Of a stretch of DNA of 64,000 bases, positions 19,319 through 29,877 are shown piece after piece. The notes beneath the pieces are model-generated. The model made no database searches. It was not told the origin of the DNA and saw nothing but the letters and a program-made list of their open reading frames with translations. This DNA comes from a virus: IMG/VR virus record IMGVR_UViG_3300000839_000006. The stretch is one strand, 5' to 3'. The translations under genes and the position numbers were made by a program. Each line of letters begins with the position of its first letter. The stretch's first letter is position 1.

Positions 19319-20266
19319 ATGAAACTCAATTCTGCATCCGGTTATGGTGGCCTCGAAGCTACGCCTCTTGCCCGTATCGGATATTACAATGAAATCATAA
19401 CTCGTATTTACGAGCGTGACTTTCTTCCCATGATTACCAATAGCGACATCAATGAGCGTATCGTGCAGTGCAACCAGCAAGTGCAGATTATGAAAGCTCC
19501 TGAAGTCGGTGGTTGGCGCACGTATCAGAAGAACCAAGAGCTTATCCCGAACCAGATAAGCACTGATGCTATCTGCTTGCAGATTTGCAATGCTGCTTAT
19601 AATGCTATCAAGATTGACAAGACGGATATTCACTTTGCGTGTGACCGTTGGGCTTCTTGGGAAGCCGCATTCCTTGATGCAGTATACGAGTCCTATGTTG
19701 AAATGCAACGTAAGTGGGTCCTTACTGCTATGATTCTTGAAGCCAGTGCGCAGAACAAGGGTGCAAAGGCCGGGAAGTTTGGCAAGATTGACCTCGGTTC
19801 TCGTGGTAACCCGGTTGTTGTGAATAAAGATACCATTACCCGCCGCATGGCTGAACTTCAGCAGGTTCTTATGGAACAGCTTCGTTGGAAGAATGGTGAG
19901 ATGTTCGCTGTACTTCCCACTGCGTTCCGTCTTGCCCTTGCAGAATCCAACTTCGCTAATGCCTCGTGGACTGGTAGTTGCCGCACCTGTTCTTATGGTA
20001 TTGATGGTATGTGGGAAGAACCCCTTGTCGGCTTTAACATCATTGAAACTACGCATTCGCCGTTTGTTATTGAAACTGATGGGCGTGTATGTTTCTATAT
20101 TATCGCAGGGCATAAGTCGGCATTTGCTTATGCTTCGGACATTATTGAAGGCCGTCTGGTTGAATCTGAACGTACCTTTGGTGTTGAATACCAGATGCTG
20201 GCGGTATGGGGTGGCAAGATGCTGTATCCCGAAGCCATTGCTATTGCGTATTGGACCTTTGAATAA
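19319..20266 (+). CDS. major capsid protein
   Basis: 315 aa, follows the scaffold. Composition and ending (GGKMLYPEAIAIAY) fit an HK97-fold MCP. Confidence 0.8.
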   Translation: MKLNSASGYGGLEATPLARIGYYNEIITRIYERDFLPMITNSDINERIVQCNQQVQIMKAPEVGGWRTYQKNQELIPNQISTDAICLQICNAAYNAIKIDKTDIHFACDRWASWEAAFLDAVYESYVEMQRKWVLTAMILEASAQNKGAKAGKFGKIDLGSRGNPVVVNKDTITRRMAELQQVLMEQLRWKNGEMFAVLPTAFRLALAESNFANASWTGSCRTCSYGIDGMWEEPLVGFNIIETTHSPFVIETDGRVCFYIIAGHKSAFAYASDIIEGRLVESERTFGVEYQMLAVWGGKMLYPEAIAIAYWTFE

Positions 20267-20292
20267 CCTTTAGCATCGAGAGGAATAATCTC

Positions 20293-20958
20293 ATGGCAGA
20301 TGTAAAAATCTTTCAGGGTGGTACACCCGATGTAAAATTTGCGTGGTGCGCTGGTGACTATACGCAGTATGGCTTCCCGTTTGAAAGTATCCGGCAGGAT
20401 GGAACACCGCCTTTTAATGCGCGTTGTGATGGTGCATATGCGCTTGGGTATTTCACCCTTGGTATGCCTGTTAAACCTTCTCAGATGGTTTATCAGCGTG
20501 ACGCTTTCACCGCTGCCAACCTTAAAGTCGGTGACGTTATTCGGTGCATTGTTGTGCCGCCTGACCATTACGCTACCTACCTTAATGTGAAACTTGTTGA
20601 TAAGGATGAGCGGCTTGCTGGTGCTACTTTCGGTATTATTGTTCAGGAAGTGACACGTAATGCTGATGGTGATTTTGTATACACGAATACTAGCCTCATT
20701 GATGATGTGGCTGCCAGTGTTGGTGTTACAAACACTATTGACGTATCCGGTGCAACACCCACCAACATCATGCTGCCCCTGCTTGACATTGGCACCGCCC
20801 CTCTTATGCCGCTTTATGCCACTTCGGAGAAAGCGTATGTATTGGGCTTTATCATTAAGTCGCTCCCCACGGACGACACTGTAACCTTTGACACAATGCT
20901 GAATGCGCTCTACCTTTCGGTTAAAATCGAAGGGTTTGATTGCCCGCACCAGTACTAG
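20293..20958 (+). CDS. probable capsid decoration/minor head protein
   Basis: Strong RBS GAGGA, directly after the MCP. Confidence 0.5.
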   Translation: MADVKIFQGGTPDVKFAWCAGDYTQYGFPFESIRQDGTPPFNARCDGAYALGYFTLGMPVKPSQMVYQRDAFTAANLKVGDVIRCIVVPPDHYATYLNVKLVDKDERLAGATFGIIVQEVTRNADGDFVYTNTSLIDDVAASVGVTNTIDVSGATPTNIMLPLLDIGTAPLMPLYATSEKAYVLGFIIKSLPTDDTVTFDTMLNALYLSVKIEGFDCPHQY

Positions 20959-20967
20959 GAGAGTGAC

Positions 20968-21132
20968 ATGGGCGCACAAGACAGAGAATTTGGTGGTTTT
21001 CCGAAAGGCGTTGTTGGTGACCTCGCTCGTGACCGTACTGACCGCCCCAAAGAATTGAACCTTAAAGCCAAGGCGTTTACAACCAGTACCGATAACAAGT
21101 CTCCCGTCCGGCCCACAGCTACAGAACGGTAG
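20968..21132 (+). CDS. 54-aa ORF absent from the track (MGAQDREFGGFPKG...PTATER*)
   Basis: AGGAGAG RBS, exactly fills the gap between two genes. Confidence 0.55.
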   Translation: MGAQDREFGGFPKGVVGDLARDRTDRPKELNLKAKAFTTSTDNKSPVRPTATER

Positions 21133-21138
21133 ACTACA

Positions 21139-21684
21139 ATGAGTAGGGAGGTCATAAAGCGTATGCAACGGGATAGAGTTGAAGGAATCTACGAGCGTGT
21201 CAGCGAGGAAGAACAGGTTCGTAAACTGCAAGAGATGGGGGCCGCTAACGCGGTTCCCCCTCTTCCAGTATCTCCCTGTGTGAAAGTAAAAAGTACTGGT
21301 GAGATACATGAGTGGTCTGAGGATTTTGCGAACAGACCAGACCTGTGTGTTAATTGTGACGAATCTGGTAACGAAGACCCTGCTGTATGGCAGAATCGTC
21401 TACCATCTGGATATGGTAAAGACCCCTATGAAGCGCAGGTAGCTTACATGGAGTCCAAGCCTATGACAACTCCACGTAATGCGGTTCCACAAAGTGTTGG
21501 TGAGGAAGTCCCTAACACAGTAGCTCCCGTAGGTTTGGCGTCACAGGAACTTGGGATACCACAAGACTTTACAGGTGACTTCACTGGTAACAGTGTGGTA
21601 AAAGCGGCTCTGCCCTTAACCGCTGTTCCTGCCCACGCACCATTGCTGGACACACTTAAAAACCTTTTTGAACAGAATGCATAG
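21139..21684 (+). CDS. hypothetical protein
   Basis: ORF in operon order. Confidence 0.55.
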   Translation: MSREVIKRMQRDRVEGIYERVSEEEQVRKLQEMGAANAVPPLPVSPCVKVKSTGEIHEWSEDFANRPDLCVNCDESGNEDPAVWQNRLPSGYGKDPYEAQVAYMESKPMTTPRNAVPQSVGEEVPNTVAPVGLASQELGIPQDFTGDFTGNSVVKAALPLTAVPAHAPLLDTLKNLFEQNA

Positions 21685-21692
21685 GAGACTTT

Positions 21693-22376
21693 ATGACTCC
21701 CGATTCGCTGCTTTACCAACTGGCAGTGGATTTGAATGATGCAGGTGCTGGACACGAATTTACTACGTGGTCCGCAGAACAGCTAGGGGCGTATTTGATG
21801 GAAGCTATACAAGTTGCTTTTGTTGAACGCCCCGACCTGTTTATAGAGCATCGTATAATCCACTTAAAACCATGTTCTATCATACAGGATACATGTGATT
21901 GTACGCATGTAATCCGTGTACTAGGACAGTCCACCGCTGATGGACGAGTATTTAAAGAACTCCGTGTACGTAAGGCTAATGACAAGTTGTTGTGGACTGG
22001 TAGAACTTGCAAGTCTAAGACTGGTAAGTTCGAGCTTATTGAATATACTATTGATAGTAATACCGACACATTGCGTGTATACCCGCAAGTACCTGCCGGA
22101 CAAGATATATATGTATTGGTTGAATGTTCTGTTATTCCTAAAGATATAGGTGATGTTGTTGATACAGAGTTGTTGGCTGCAATTAAACAGTGGGTATTAT
22201 ACCGTGCTAAAACTGTTGATGCAGAACTTAACCCGAATATTTTTAATGTAGCAAAGTTACATCGTGATACATTTTTTGCGTTGTTAGCGATACAGAAAGA
22301 AAACAATGACCAGAAAGCGGAGGACGCAGACAATGCTAGACAAAGTAGTAATGTTCGAGCCGTACAGCAAAGTTAG
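21693..22376 (+). CDS. head-tail adaptor-like protein
   Basis: AGGAGA RBS. LAVDLND...W...L pattern and position after the head genes. Confidence 0.55.
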   Translation: MTPDSLLYQLAVDLNDAGAGHEFTTWSAEQLGAYLMEAIQVAFVERPDLFIEHRIIHLKPCSIIQDTCDCTHVIRVLGQSTADGRVFKELRVRKANDKLLWTGRTCKSKTGKFELIEYTIDSNTDTLRVYPQVPAGQDIYVLVECSVIPKDIGDVVDTELLAAIKQWVLYRAKTVDAELNPNIFNVAKLHRDTFFALLAIQKENNDQKAEDADNARQSSNVRAVQQS

Positions 22377-22983
22377 CGTTGATGAATTTTTACCGGAACT
22401 ACAGTTAGAGTTCCCTGACATGCCGTCTGATGCTTTTGCGCATTATGTGTTGCGGTCTATTGACCGCATTGCTCGTGATGGTAATGTGTTGCGTAGGACT
22501 GCTACGATTCATACAGAGCGTTGTATTGAGAATTACCTGTTGGAACCACCTGACTGTATGACAATTGTAAACATTATGAAGGTGTGTAATAATGGATGTA
22601 ATTGCTGCACTAATGTACGCCGTCTAACTAGTGAACCGTGTTGCATGACGTGTGGCACACTTACTTGGTTTCAAGAACCGAACACAATATTATTCCGCAA
22701 CCACCCGTCACATGCCTGTTTTAAAGTTACTATGTCTGTGGCACCTACATGGGATACTTGTGAAGTTGATACGTTGCTCTTACATAATCACTACGAGCTT
22801 GTACTCACTGGGGCACGTTATATGCTTATGAATATGTCTAATAAGCCGTGGTCCAGTGTTAATAGGGCGCAGGAGTTAAAGAAGGATTTTGTTATAGGAA
22901 TACGTTCTGCGGCAATAGATACAATGATGGGTAACCAGCGTGGTGGTATAACTGCTACAAAACCACGTCTGCGCTTTCGTTAG
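22333..22983 (+). CDS. tail tubular/connector-like protein
   Basis: Position, size, and LLxMxxKPWS motif. Confidence 0.5.
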   Translation: MLDKVVMFEPYSKVSVDEFLPELQLEFPDMPSDAFAHYVLRSIDRIARDGNVLRRTATIHTERCIENYLLEPPDCMTIVNIMKVCNNGCNCCTNVRRLTSEPCCMTCGTLTWFQEPNTILFRNHPSHACFKVTMSVAPTWDTCEVDTLLLHNHYELVLTGARYMLMNMSNKPWSSVNRAQELKKDFVIGIRSAAIDTMMGNQRGGITATKPRLRFR

Positions 22984-22992
22984 GAGCATGAC

Positions 22993-24264
22993 ATGAATTG
23001 CAGAAAGACAAATAAAGCCAACGACTGCACACCGTTGGACCTTACTAACCAGACTGTTATAACCTGTGAGCCGTTTGATGTATGCCTGCCATTTGGTAGG
23101 TCACTGCATTTTGATGGTAACTGCTTGTCACTGCGTGGGGAACCTACTATACCTGATGGAGAGTATGGGGTAATTACTATCGCCAATGGGTGTATTATAG
23201 ATGCGAAGCCTAACCCAGTGTTTGAATATACACCACCTCCATGTACTCCTACACCTGATGGATGTGATGAAGAAGGTGGAGATGGTATCATTTTACAGCC
23301 TAGTATATGCAATTTGCTTGAGCGGGATGCCGCAGGCCGTTACGGTGCTTATCTGGATATTCGTGGCGGCACTGGGGTTACTATACGTGGCTGTGGTTCG
23401 TCTGCCGACCCTATGGTAATTTCTGTAACACCACCTGATGTATCGCGTACATATATTTTATCCAGCACAGTACCGCAAATTACTGTGTCTGGTACTGGTG
23501 ATATTGCTGACCCATTTATCCTTGAGCATGGTGCATCCCCACTTGGTAGTGGTCCGCAAGGTCCGTTCATCCTTGATACGTTTGGGCATGTTGTAGGATT
23601 TATAGATACACCTGACCCTATTCAACGCATTATTGCAGGTCCCGGTATTCGTGTGACGCAGGAAGGTCCTGCTGTTACAGTGTCGTTAGACCTTCAAGGC
23701 GGTGCTGAAGGACAGTGGGACTGGGGTGGTTATAGTGCCAGTGTTGATATGGTTGGACGTGTTATTGGTATGACACGTACTATTGCAACACCTCCCGGTG
23801 ATTATGATATGCGTAACTTCCAACTCAGTATTAATGAGTTTGGTTCTATAACAGCTATCACACCGTTAGCGCGTACTGTAGATACAGCTTTTTCAAAACT
23901 GTTTATGGGTGAACGTAATAGCAATGAAATGACTTTCACTACTACACAGTCTGCTCATTTCCGTATTACATATCAAGGTGAGCTTGGGGTGTTTGGAACT
24001 ACACCGCCGCCTGCTACTGCTGACCCCGGACTGCTGCCGCTTCCTAGCTTGTATAGAGTTCGTGTCAATGGACAGATTGTTCAAGCGTTCTGTCGTTTAA
24101 ATAATACCAACCGAGTTGTTGAAGTTATCGTGGCGACTGCGGCGATGTACGCTCCGGGTCAACACGTAATACTTATGGAAGGTCCTTCTCCAACAGAGAC
24201 TCAGAATTATGTGTTCGATGACATTGGCATGTTGGACGTGCAACTTATAGCCATCGGAGTCTAG
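22993..24264 (+). CDS. tail-associated structural protein (Cys/Pro-rich, repeated D.xG....motifs)
   Basis: AGGAG RBS, lies between tail genes. Confidence 0.5.
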   Translation: MNCRKTNKANDCTPLDLTNQTVITCEPFDVCLPFGRSLHFDGNCLSLRGEPTIPDGEYGVITIANGCIIDAKPNPVFEYTPPPCTPTPDGCDEEGGDGIILQPSICNLLERDAAGRYGAYLDIRGGTGVTIRGCGSSADPMVISVTPPDVSRTYILSSTVPQITVSGTGDIADPFILEHGASPLGSGPQGPFILDTFGHVVGFIDTPDPIQRIIAGPGIRVTQEGPAVTVSLDLQGGAEGQWDWGGYSASVDMVGRVIGMTRTIATPPGDYDMRNFQLSINEFGSITAITPLARTVDTAFSKLFMGERNSNEMTFTTTQSAHFRITYQGELGVFGTTPPPATADPGLLPLPSLYRVRVNGQIVQAFCRLNNTNRVVEVIVATAAMYAPGQHVILMEGPSPTETQNYVFDDIGMLDVQLIAIGV

Positions 24265-24265
24265 C

Positions 24266-25882
24266 ATGGGAGCTATAACACAGTTCGGTGGAATATTCCC
24301 TCGGACCCCTTGGCACCTGTTGCCCGAAAATGCCGCTACAAAGGCTCACAATGTGAAATTGCGTAATGGGAAGCTTGAGCCTTGGCGGGAGACAAAAAAG
24401 CTCTCAGTAGCCGTTCCAGAGGCAAAGACGTTGGTGGCTGTAGGGTGCTGTATGATGACGTGGGATACGTGTGTCTCGACCACGGAATACTTGCCGGATT
24501 ATAACCGACTTTATTTGACAGGGCGGGTTGACCGCCCTGAAGTGGCAGTGCTGGACCCAAATTGTAATCCTACATATTTCTACCTTGGTGCCCCGGAACC
24601 TATAGCCGCCCCGCGTTTGAGCTTTACAGAGGCTACAGGACGTGATTGTTCGGCACGTGCTTATGTGTATACCTTTGTAAATATCTTTGGGGAGGAGTCT
24701 GCTCCAAGTACACCAAGCCAGTTGGTTTCTGTTCGTGATGGTGACCCAGTAGTTCTTATGGGCATGGAGACACCTCCGGCTGGTTATGGCGTAGTTAATA
24801 TGCGTATCTATAGGTCATCCACAGCGTATCGTACAGGGGCTGAGAAAGAACAAGACCCACTTACTGACTATATGCTGGTAGCTGAGATTGAATATACTAC
24901 GAGTTTCACAGATGCGCTACTTGAAAAGTTTCTTGGCCCTGTATTGAACACTCGTGAAGTACGGTTACCGCCGAAAGCACTTCGGAATATATCACATGTA
25001 GTAGGAACTGGCGCACTTGTTGGTGTAACAAACAATCAGGTACATTTCTCGCAGAACTTTCAACCTTATAGCTGGCCTGCGGAATACGACATGACATTAA
25101 ATCACAACATAGTCAATATGGTTACTATTGACCAACAAGCTATCGTATCCACAGATGGGTATCCATATGTTGTAAGTGCTGCTCCAAACTGTGAGGCTCG
25201 TAAATGTAGAGCCGTGAATGAAGTTGATATACCACTTCCAGATATAAGTTGTGGGTATGCGAACTCTGCCATAGCTACGCCATTTGGGATGGTGTATAGT
25301 TCAAAGGATGGATTGGTCCTTGTTTCCACAGATGCGAAGTTTCAGGTGATAACTTCTGCGTGGTATAGTACGGATGACTGGGTGAAAATCAGGCCGGATA
25401 CCGTCAGGCTGGCGTACTGGCGAGGATACTTGATTTGTGTCACCGATGTGGTATCCTTCATGCTAGAAATTGACGGTAACACATACCAAGACTTTAAACT
25501 TGGTGCTATGGTTACGCTAAGTGACCAGCCTGTGGATATGTGGGTGAGTACGAATGGCGAGTTGTTATTGTTACAGGACCAAATAGTCTCGCAGTGGAAT
25601 GCTGGAAGTACTTTACGTCCATATATATGGGAGAGTCGTGAGATGCACTTTGGTGGTACTGCATCACCAAATACTGCGAAGTTAAAAACTACTGGGATTG
25701 AGTTCAGACTGTTGACACCCGTTGGTGGATTGGATTACACACGTTTTATAATGAACGATAAGCCGTTCAGACTTGGACGACTTGGGCGACATCTATACTA
25801 CAGGATGGGGTTTTATGGTATTGGAGTAGTAGAACACGCAGAGCTAGGTACAGCAAACGTAACAATAAACCAAGGTAAATAG
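24266..25882 (+). CDS. tail tubular B/nozzle-like (beta-propeller) protein
   Basis: FGGIFPR start, YVYTFVNIFGEESAPS motif, 538 aa. Confidence 0.6.
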   Translation: MGAITQFGGIFPRTPWHLLPENAATKAHNVKLRNGKLEPWRETKKLSVAVPEAKTLVAVGCCMMTWDTCVSTTEYLPDYNRLYLTGRVDRPEVAVLDPNCNPTYFYLGAPEPIAAPRLSFTEATGRDCSARAYVYTFVNIFGEESAPSTPSQLVSVRDGDPVVLMGMETPPAGYGVVNMRIYRSSTAYRTGAEKEQDPLTDYMLVAEIEYTTSFTDALLEKFLGPVLNTREVRLPPKALRNISHVVGTGALVGVTNNQVHFSQNFQPYSWPAEYDMTLNHNIVNMVTIDQQAIVSTDGYPYVVSAAPNCEARKCRAVNEVDIPLPDISCGYANSAIATPFGMVYSSKDGLVLVSTDAKFQVITSAWYSTDDWVKIRPDTVRLAYWRGYLICVTDVVSFMLEIDGNTYQDFKLGAMVTLSDQPVDMWVSTNGELLLLQDQIVSQWNAGSTLRPYIWESREMHFGGTASPNTAKLKTTGIEFRLLTPVGGLDYTRFIMNDKPFRLGRLGRHLYYRMGFYGIGVVEHAELGTANVTINQGK

Positions 25883-25896
25883 CGAGGACCACACCC

Positions 25897-26352
25897 ATGC
25901 CGCTTACTTATAAATACATACCAGCACCAAAGACTGTGGAGTCTGGTATTCAGTATCTACAGAATGAACTTGTTCCCATGTTTGACGAGTACTGGACACG
26001 ACATGGTGAAAAAATTTATGGTGAGCCTGCTGCGTTGCAGATACCGAATTTGTTTGTCATGTGGAAACACGGTGGACTTGCGGTTGTTATTGCGTATGAA
26101 AATAACAAGCCTGTTGGTTTCATGTTTGGTATAAGGTTTTGCCCTGTGACATACAGGGCTAATGCACTTCAGTTAGAGTTGTGGCACTGCCGGGATGCAG
26201 AAGTTGAACAGGGTATGTTTAATTACTTGTTCGAGCTTATGCCGTTGCAAGATATTACTGAGTTTCGTATTACATCGGACGTGCCGCTTCGGGCAAAGAT
26301 TCCTTGGAAGAAAAAGAACACGTTCACTTTGGAACGGTATATGAAGGAGTAG
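25897..26352 (+). CDS. GNAT-fold-like tail assembly protein
   Basis: VIAYENNKPVGFM motif. Position matches the GNAT-like gene that precedes ejection proteins in podoviruses. Confidence 0.4.
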   Translation: MPLTYKYIPAPKTVESGIQYLQNELVPMFDEYWTRHGEKIYGEPAALQIPNLFVMWKHGGLAVVIAYENNKPVGFMFGIRFCPVTYRANALQLELWHCRDAEVEQGMFNYLFELMPLQDITEFRITSDVPLRAKIPWKKKNTFTLERYMKE

Positions 26353-26355
26353 GTT

Positions 26356-27165
26356 ATGGCGGCTGCTGCTGGAAAATGTGCTGTTGGCGTATCTGATAGT
26401 GGTAAAAGTACTGCGGCATCAATACTTGAAGCCGCAGCTATCGCCGTTGCTGGATATAACACAGCCGCTGCTATTTATTATGCTACAAAGCAGTATGATA
26501 TAGCAAAAGATTATCTCGACATAGCCAAGTGGTGGCGTAATTATTACAACTCCACCTATAAGCCGTGGGAAGACCAAGAGCTTGCTGAAGCGTGGGCATT
26601 AGCGCGTGAGAAGCCATTTTATGATATTACAGTAGGGCGCACTCGTAACTATGGTAACCTTGAGTTCAAGGGTATGGCAGAGAAGTCCATGCAATGCACG
26701 AGTGCATACTGTACTGGATTACGTGCTGCACTTCTTAAAGATGTAGTCAATGCACATTCTATGGCACTTGGTGCGTTGTCGAATATGGGGTTCCGCAATG
26801 AGAGAGCTTATGTAGATGCACGTGATGATGTGCGTTGGAAACGTAGAGAGAACGTCCTCAACCGTGGGCGTGACATGATTGCAGAGAACATTCAGTTTTC
26901 TAATCTTGCGGCTGGTATTTACGGTGACCTTGCAGCACAGGCTGGTCAAGCTGCTAGTGGTGCTATTGGTTATCTTGGATACTCTTTCAATAAGAATGAG
27001 ACACAGTTTCCAACTCTTATGCGCGGTGTAGTTCCACGTAAAGCGGATATGGTTACAGCTTCTGGTGCGCCACCTGCTGGTGATGCACCTGTTACAGAAG
27101 CTGGTACATCTGGTGGGTGGGTGTCTCGTCCCGGTACAAATGAAATATATAAACCGGAGGCGTAG
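26356..27165 (+). CDS. internal virion/ejection protein A
   Basis: Ala/Gly-rich. Paralogue of 27168..28046. Confidence 0.55.
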   Translation: MAAAAGKCAVGVSDSGKSTAASILEAAAIAVAGYNTAAAIYYATKQYDIAKDYLDIAKWWRNYYNSTYKPWEDQELAEAWALAREKPFYDITVGRTRNYGNLEFKGMAEKSMQCTSAYCTGLRAALLKDVVNAHSMALGALSNMGFRNERAYVDARDDVRWKRRENVLNRGRDMIAENIQFSNLAAGIYGDLAAQAGQAASGAIGYLGYSFNKNETQFPTLMRGVVPRKADMVTASGAPPAGDAPVTEAGTSGGWVSRPGTNEIYKPEA

Positions 27166-27167
27166 TC

Positions 27168-28046
27168 ATGGCATGTTGTATGAGTGCTACGGGTAGTTTC
27201 CAAATCACATCCATTCAGAAGAGTGACATAGCTGAGGCTGTCAACAAACTCGATGGGCACTATGAAACGCAAATGAAGAAAGCTAATGAGACATGGGACA
27301 AAACATATCAAGAACTGTGTATTTGGGCGAAACCTGTATACGGTGACCCCGGTGAAAGTTTGGAGAAGACTTTATGGCAGGCGGCTATGCTTGCTGTTGC
27401 GTTGCTAAACTCTATTGCACAGATGCAGATTGCTGATATGCAGCATCAGATTGCAAAGGATTATGCCAATATCGCAAAAGACCAGTGGAGTAGATTCAGG
27501 GACGGCTATGCGCCGCTTGAACAGGCGATGCTTAATGAAGTATGTAATACACCAATACCTGTCCCTGATTATGAACGAGCATTCAACGATGGTGTGAATA
27601 ATGCGCAGGCTGGTTATACTAATGGACATGACCAGCTTACAGACCTTGCAAAATCATATGCACTTTGCGTTGACCCGACTTTGCTGGATGACCTTGATTA
27701 TGCAGAATCTATGGCGCAGACTGATGGTGTGAACTACAATTACAGGTATGAAGAGTATTATGCGAAAGTAATGGATGATATGCGTTGGAACCGTAGAAGT
27801 AACCTGCTTAACCTTGGGCGTGGTATTCAGGCAAAGTCTGCTTCATATGCTAGTACTGCGAGTGACATGCTCAAAGGTGTCGGCAATATGCTTAATCAGG
27901 GGACGCAGGGTGCCATGACAATGCTTGGGTGGTTGGCGAATCGAAATCAAACACAGTACCCGACTATGATGTCTGGTGCTACAGCGTTAAATGGGCAGGC
28001 TGGTAATACACTTGGAAATGTAATTGCTATGGGTCCTGTACCTTAA
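27168..28046 (+). CDS. internal virion/ejection protein B
   Basis: Shares IAKDY..IAK and DD.RW.RR.N.LN.GR motifs with the upstream gene. Confidence 0.55.
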   Translation: MACCMSATGSFQITSIQKSDIAEAVNKLDGHYETQMKKANETWDKTYQELCIWAKPVYGDPGESLEKTLWQAAMLAVALLNSIAQMQIADMQHQIAKDYANIAKDQWSRFRDGYAPLEQAMLNEVCNTPIPVPDYERAFNDGVNNAQAGYTNGHDQLTDLAKSYALCVDPTLLDDLDYAESMAQTDGVNYNYRYEEYYAKVMDDMRWNRRSNLLNLGRGIQAKSASYASTASDMLKGVGNMLNQGTQGAMTMLGWLANRNQTQYPTMMSGATALNGQAGNTLGNVIAMGPVP

Positions 28047-28057
28047 AGGAGTGTGAA

Positions 28058-28744
28058 ATGTTCATTATACCAGACCTGTTTAGTGGTTATATGAAGGGTG
28101 CAGAACTTGCACGGAAAGCTAACTGGGATGATTTGAATCAGTATAACACCGTGCAGTCTAACCAGATGAAAAATTTGGTAGACCTTGCTACAATGAGTCC
28201 GCGTATTAATAAATTTTACGATGAAGAGTATCAGAAAAAATTACAGAATAATTTTGAGACTGACATATATGATGACAAAGTTGCGCAGAGTAACTTTGCT
28301 ACTCTTATGGCACAACTTGGGTTAGACCAAGCTCGTTTTGCTGACCCGTATTATCGTCAGATGTTACAAGGTCGAGCCAGTGGTGGGCAAAAGGCCGCGC
28401 AGCCTGCTACGCCTGCACAGGGTGCTGGTGGTAGTACGCCACAGGGTTTTGGAGGGGCTACGCCATCGACTACACCTAAACCTACTTTCGACTGGGGTGT
28501 ATCAGAGAGTCCTATGGGTGACGCAGCCTCCATGTATATGACAGGTATTGGTATGGAGCCGCCCGCACAACCTACGACTCCAAGTCCAACTGGTAAGCCG
28601 CAGATAACTACTGCACAATTTAATGCACTTATACAGCAACAATGTCCTGATGCAAATGGTTTATGCGTAGCGAGTATACAGGATATATATGATGTTATAC
28701 CTGATGCTGTTCCAGTGTTTCGTGAGCAGACTTCTACAGATTAA
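28058..28744 (+). CDS. internal virion protein
   Basis: AAGGAG RBS, Gln/Pro-rich, within the ejection module. Confidence 0.5.
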   Translation: MFIIPDLFSGYMKGAELARKANWDDLNQYNTVQSNQMKNLVDLATMSPRINKFYDEEYQKKLQNNFETDIYDDKVAQSNFATLMAQLGLDQARFADPYYRQMLQGRASGGQKAAQPATPAQGAGGSTPQGFGGATPSTTPKPTFDWGVSESPMGDAASMYMTGIGMEPPAQPTTPSPTGKPQITTAQFNALIQQQCPDANGLCVASIQDIYDVIPDAVPVFREQTSTD

Positions 28745-28767
28745 CACTATAATTAAAGGTTATAGTC

Positions 28768-29874
28768 ATGGCTAAGAATAAACTTGTACGTCCTTTTGAT
28801 GAGACTGTACTACAGAAAATAAAAGATGCGGAAACAAATCCATACTACCGTGCCATGCGTGACACGGTGCAGTCTTTGGAGTCTGGCAGTATAGACCGCT
28901 CTAACCCGGATGCAAATTACAATCTGTTGGTTGGCGGTGCTACACGTATACCTGATGAAGATATGACTGGGCAGCATCCGGGGCACGATGAACGGTACCG
29001 CAGAACTTTCGTGAATCCACGTACTGGTAAGTCAGACTATTCCACAGCTATGGGTTTGTATCAAATTACCCGTGGCACATGGGATGAGTTTGCTCCACAA
29101 GTTGGTGCTACTGACCCAAAAAATCCAGACCATCAACGCTTAGTATATGGTGCGATACTTAATAATACTGGTGCTTTTGATAATGTACTTTCTGGTGACA
29201 TTGAAGGTGCAATGGGGAAGATGGGTAAACGGTGGGAGGCAATAAAGCCGTCCGGCAAGGGACGTGATAAATTTGACCAGCACTGGAACACAAACTTCTC
29301 ATTTCAAAATGATGGTGTAGCACCAAACACGCCAGTACATAGAATGGATACTGAGGTTGTTACGGCTAGACGCCCTAGTAATATCCGTGAACGTATCGCA
29401 CAACAGATGGCAGTACCACGGCTTGCGCTGTCGAATGGTCCGCTTACTGAAGACCGTTTTCGTGAAATGTCACGTGTATTGTTCCAACCGCAAGTTGGTG
29501 ACACATCTGTTATGGGTCCTACAGCGGCTGTACCTGAAGAGGGTGCGGCTGCGTTGCGTAGTCCAGTTGCAATGCAGGCTATTGCTGACCAAGATATGGA
29601 CCATTTAAATCCTGCCCCGTCCTATTCAAATGACCCACAAGGTACTATGGCACAGAATCTTTCTTCAATGGTTATACTTGACCAACCACATGAAGAACAG
29701 CCGGACGCCTTGGCGCAAGAGCAGGCTAGGCTTATGGGTATTCAGCAGCAACTTAGTGATGCTACAAGTCAGACATATCAGTTTGGTGATATGCAGAACA
29801 GTGACTTTATGAATTACGATGCATATGTTAGACAGCTTTTAAAACGTGTAGCTGCACTTTCTTACGAGGTATAG
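28768..29874 (+). CDS. virion-associated muramidase/transglycosylase (lambda R / GH104-like)
   Basis: ES.S ... YNLLVGG ... STAMGLYQITRGTW ... WEA motifs. Confidence 0.75.
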   Translation: MAKNKLVRPFDETVLQKIKDAETNPYYRAMRDTVQSLESGSIDRSNPDANYNLLVGGATRIPDEDMTGQHPGHDERYRRTFVNPRTGKSDYSTAMGLYQITRGTWDEFAPQVGATDPKNPDHQRLVYGAILNNTGAFDNVLSGDIEGAMGKMGKRWEAIKPSGKGRDKFDQHWNTNFSFQNDGVAPNTPVHRMDTEVVTARRPSNIRERIAQQMAVPRLALSNGPLTEDRFREMSRVLFQPQVGDTSVMGPTAAVPEEGAAALRSPVAMQAIADQDMDHLNPAPSYSNDPQGTMAQNLSSMVILDQPHEEQPDALAQEQARLMGIQQQLSDATSQTYQFGDMQNSDFMNYDAYVRQLLKRVAALSYEV

Positions 29875-29877
29875 TAT

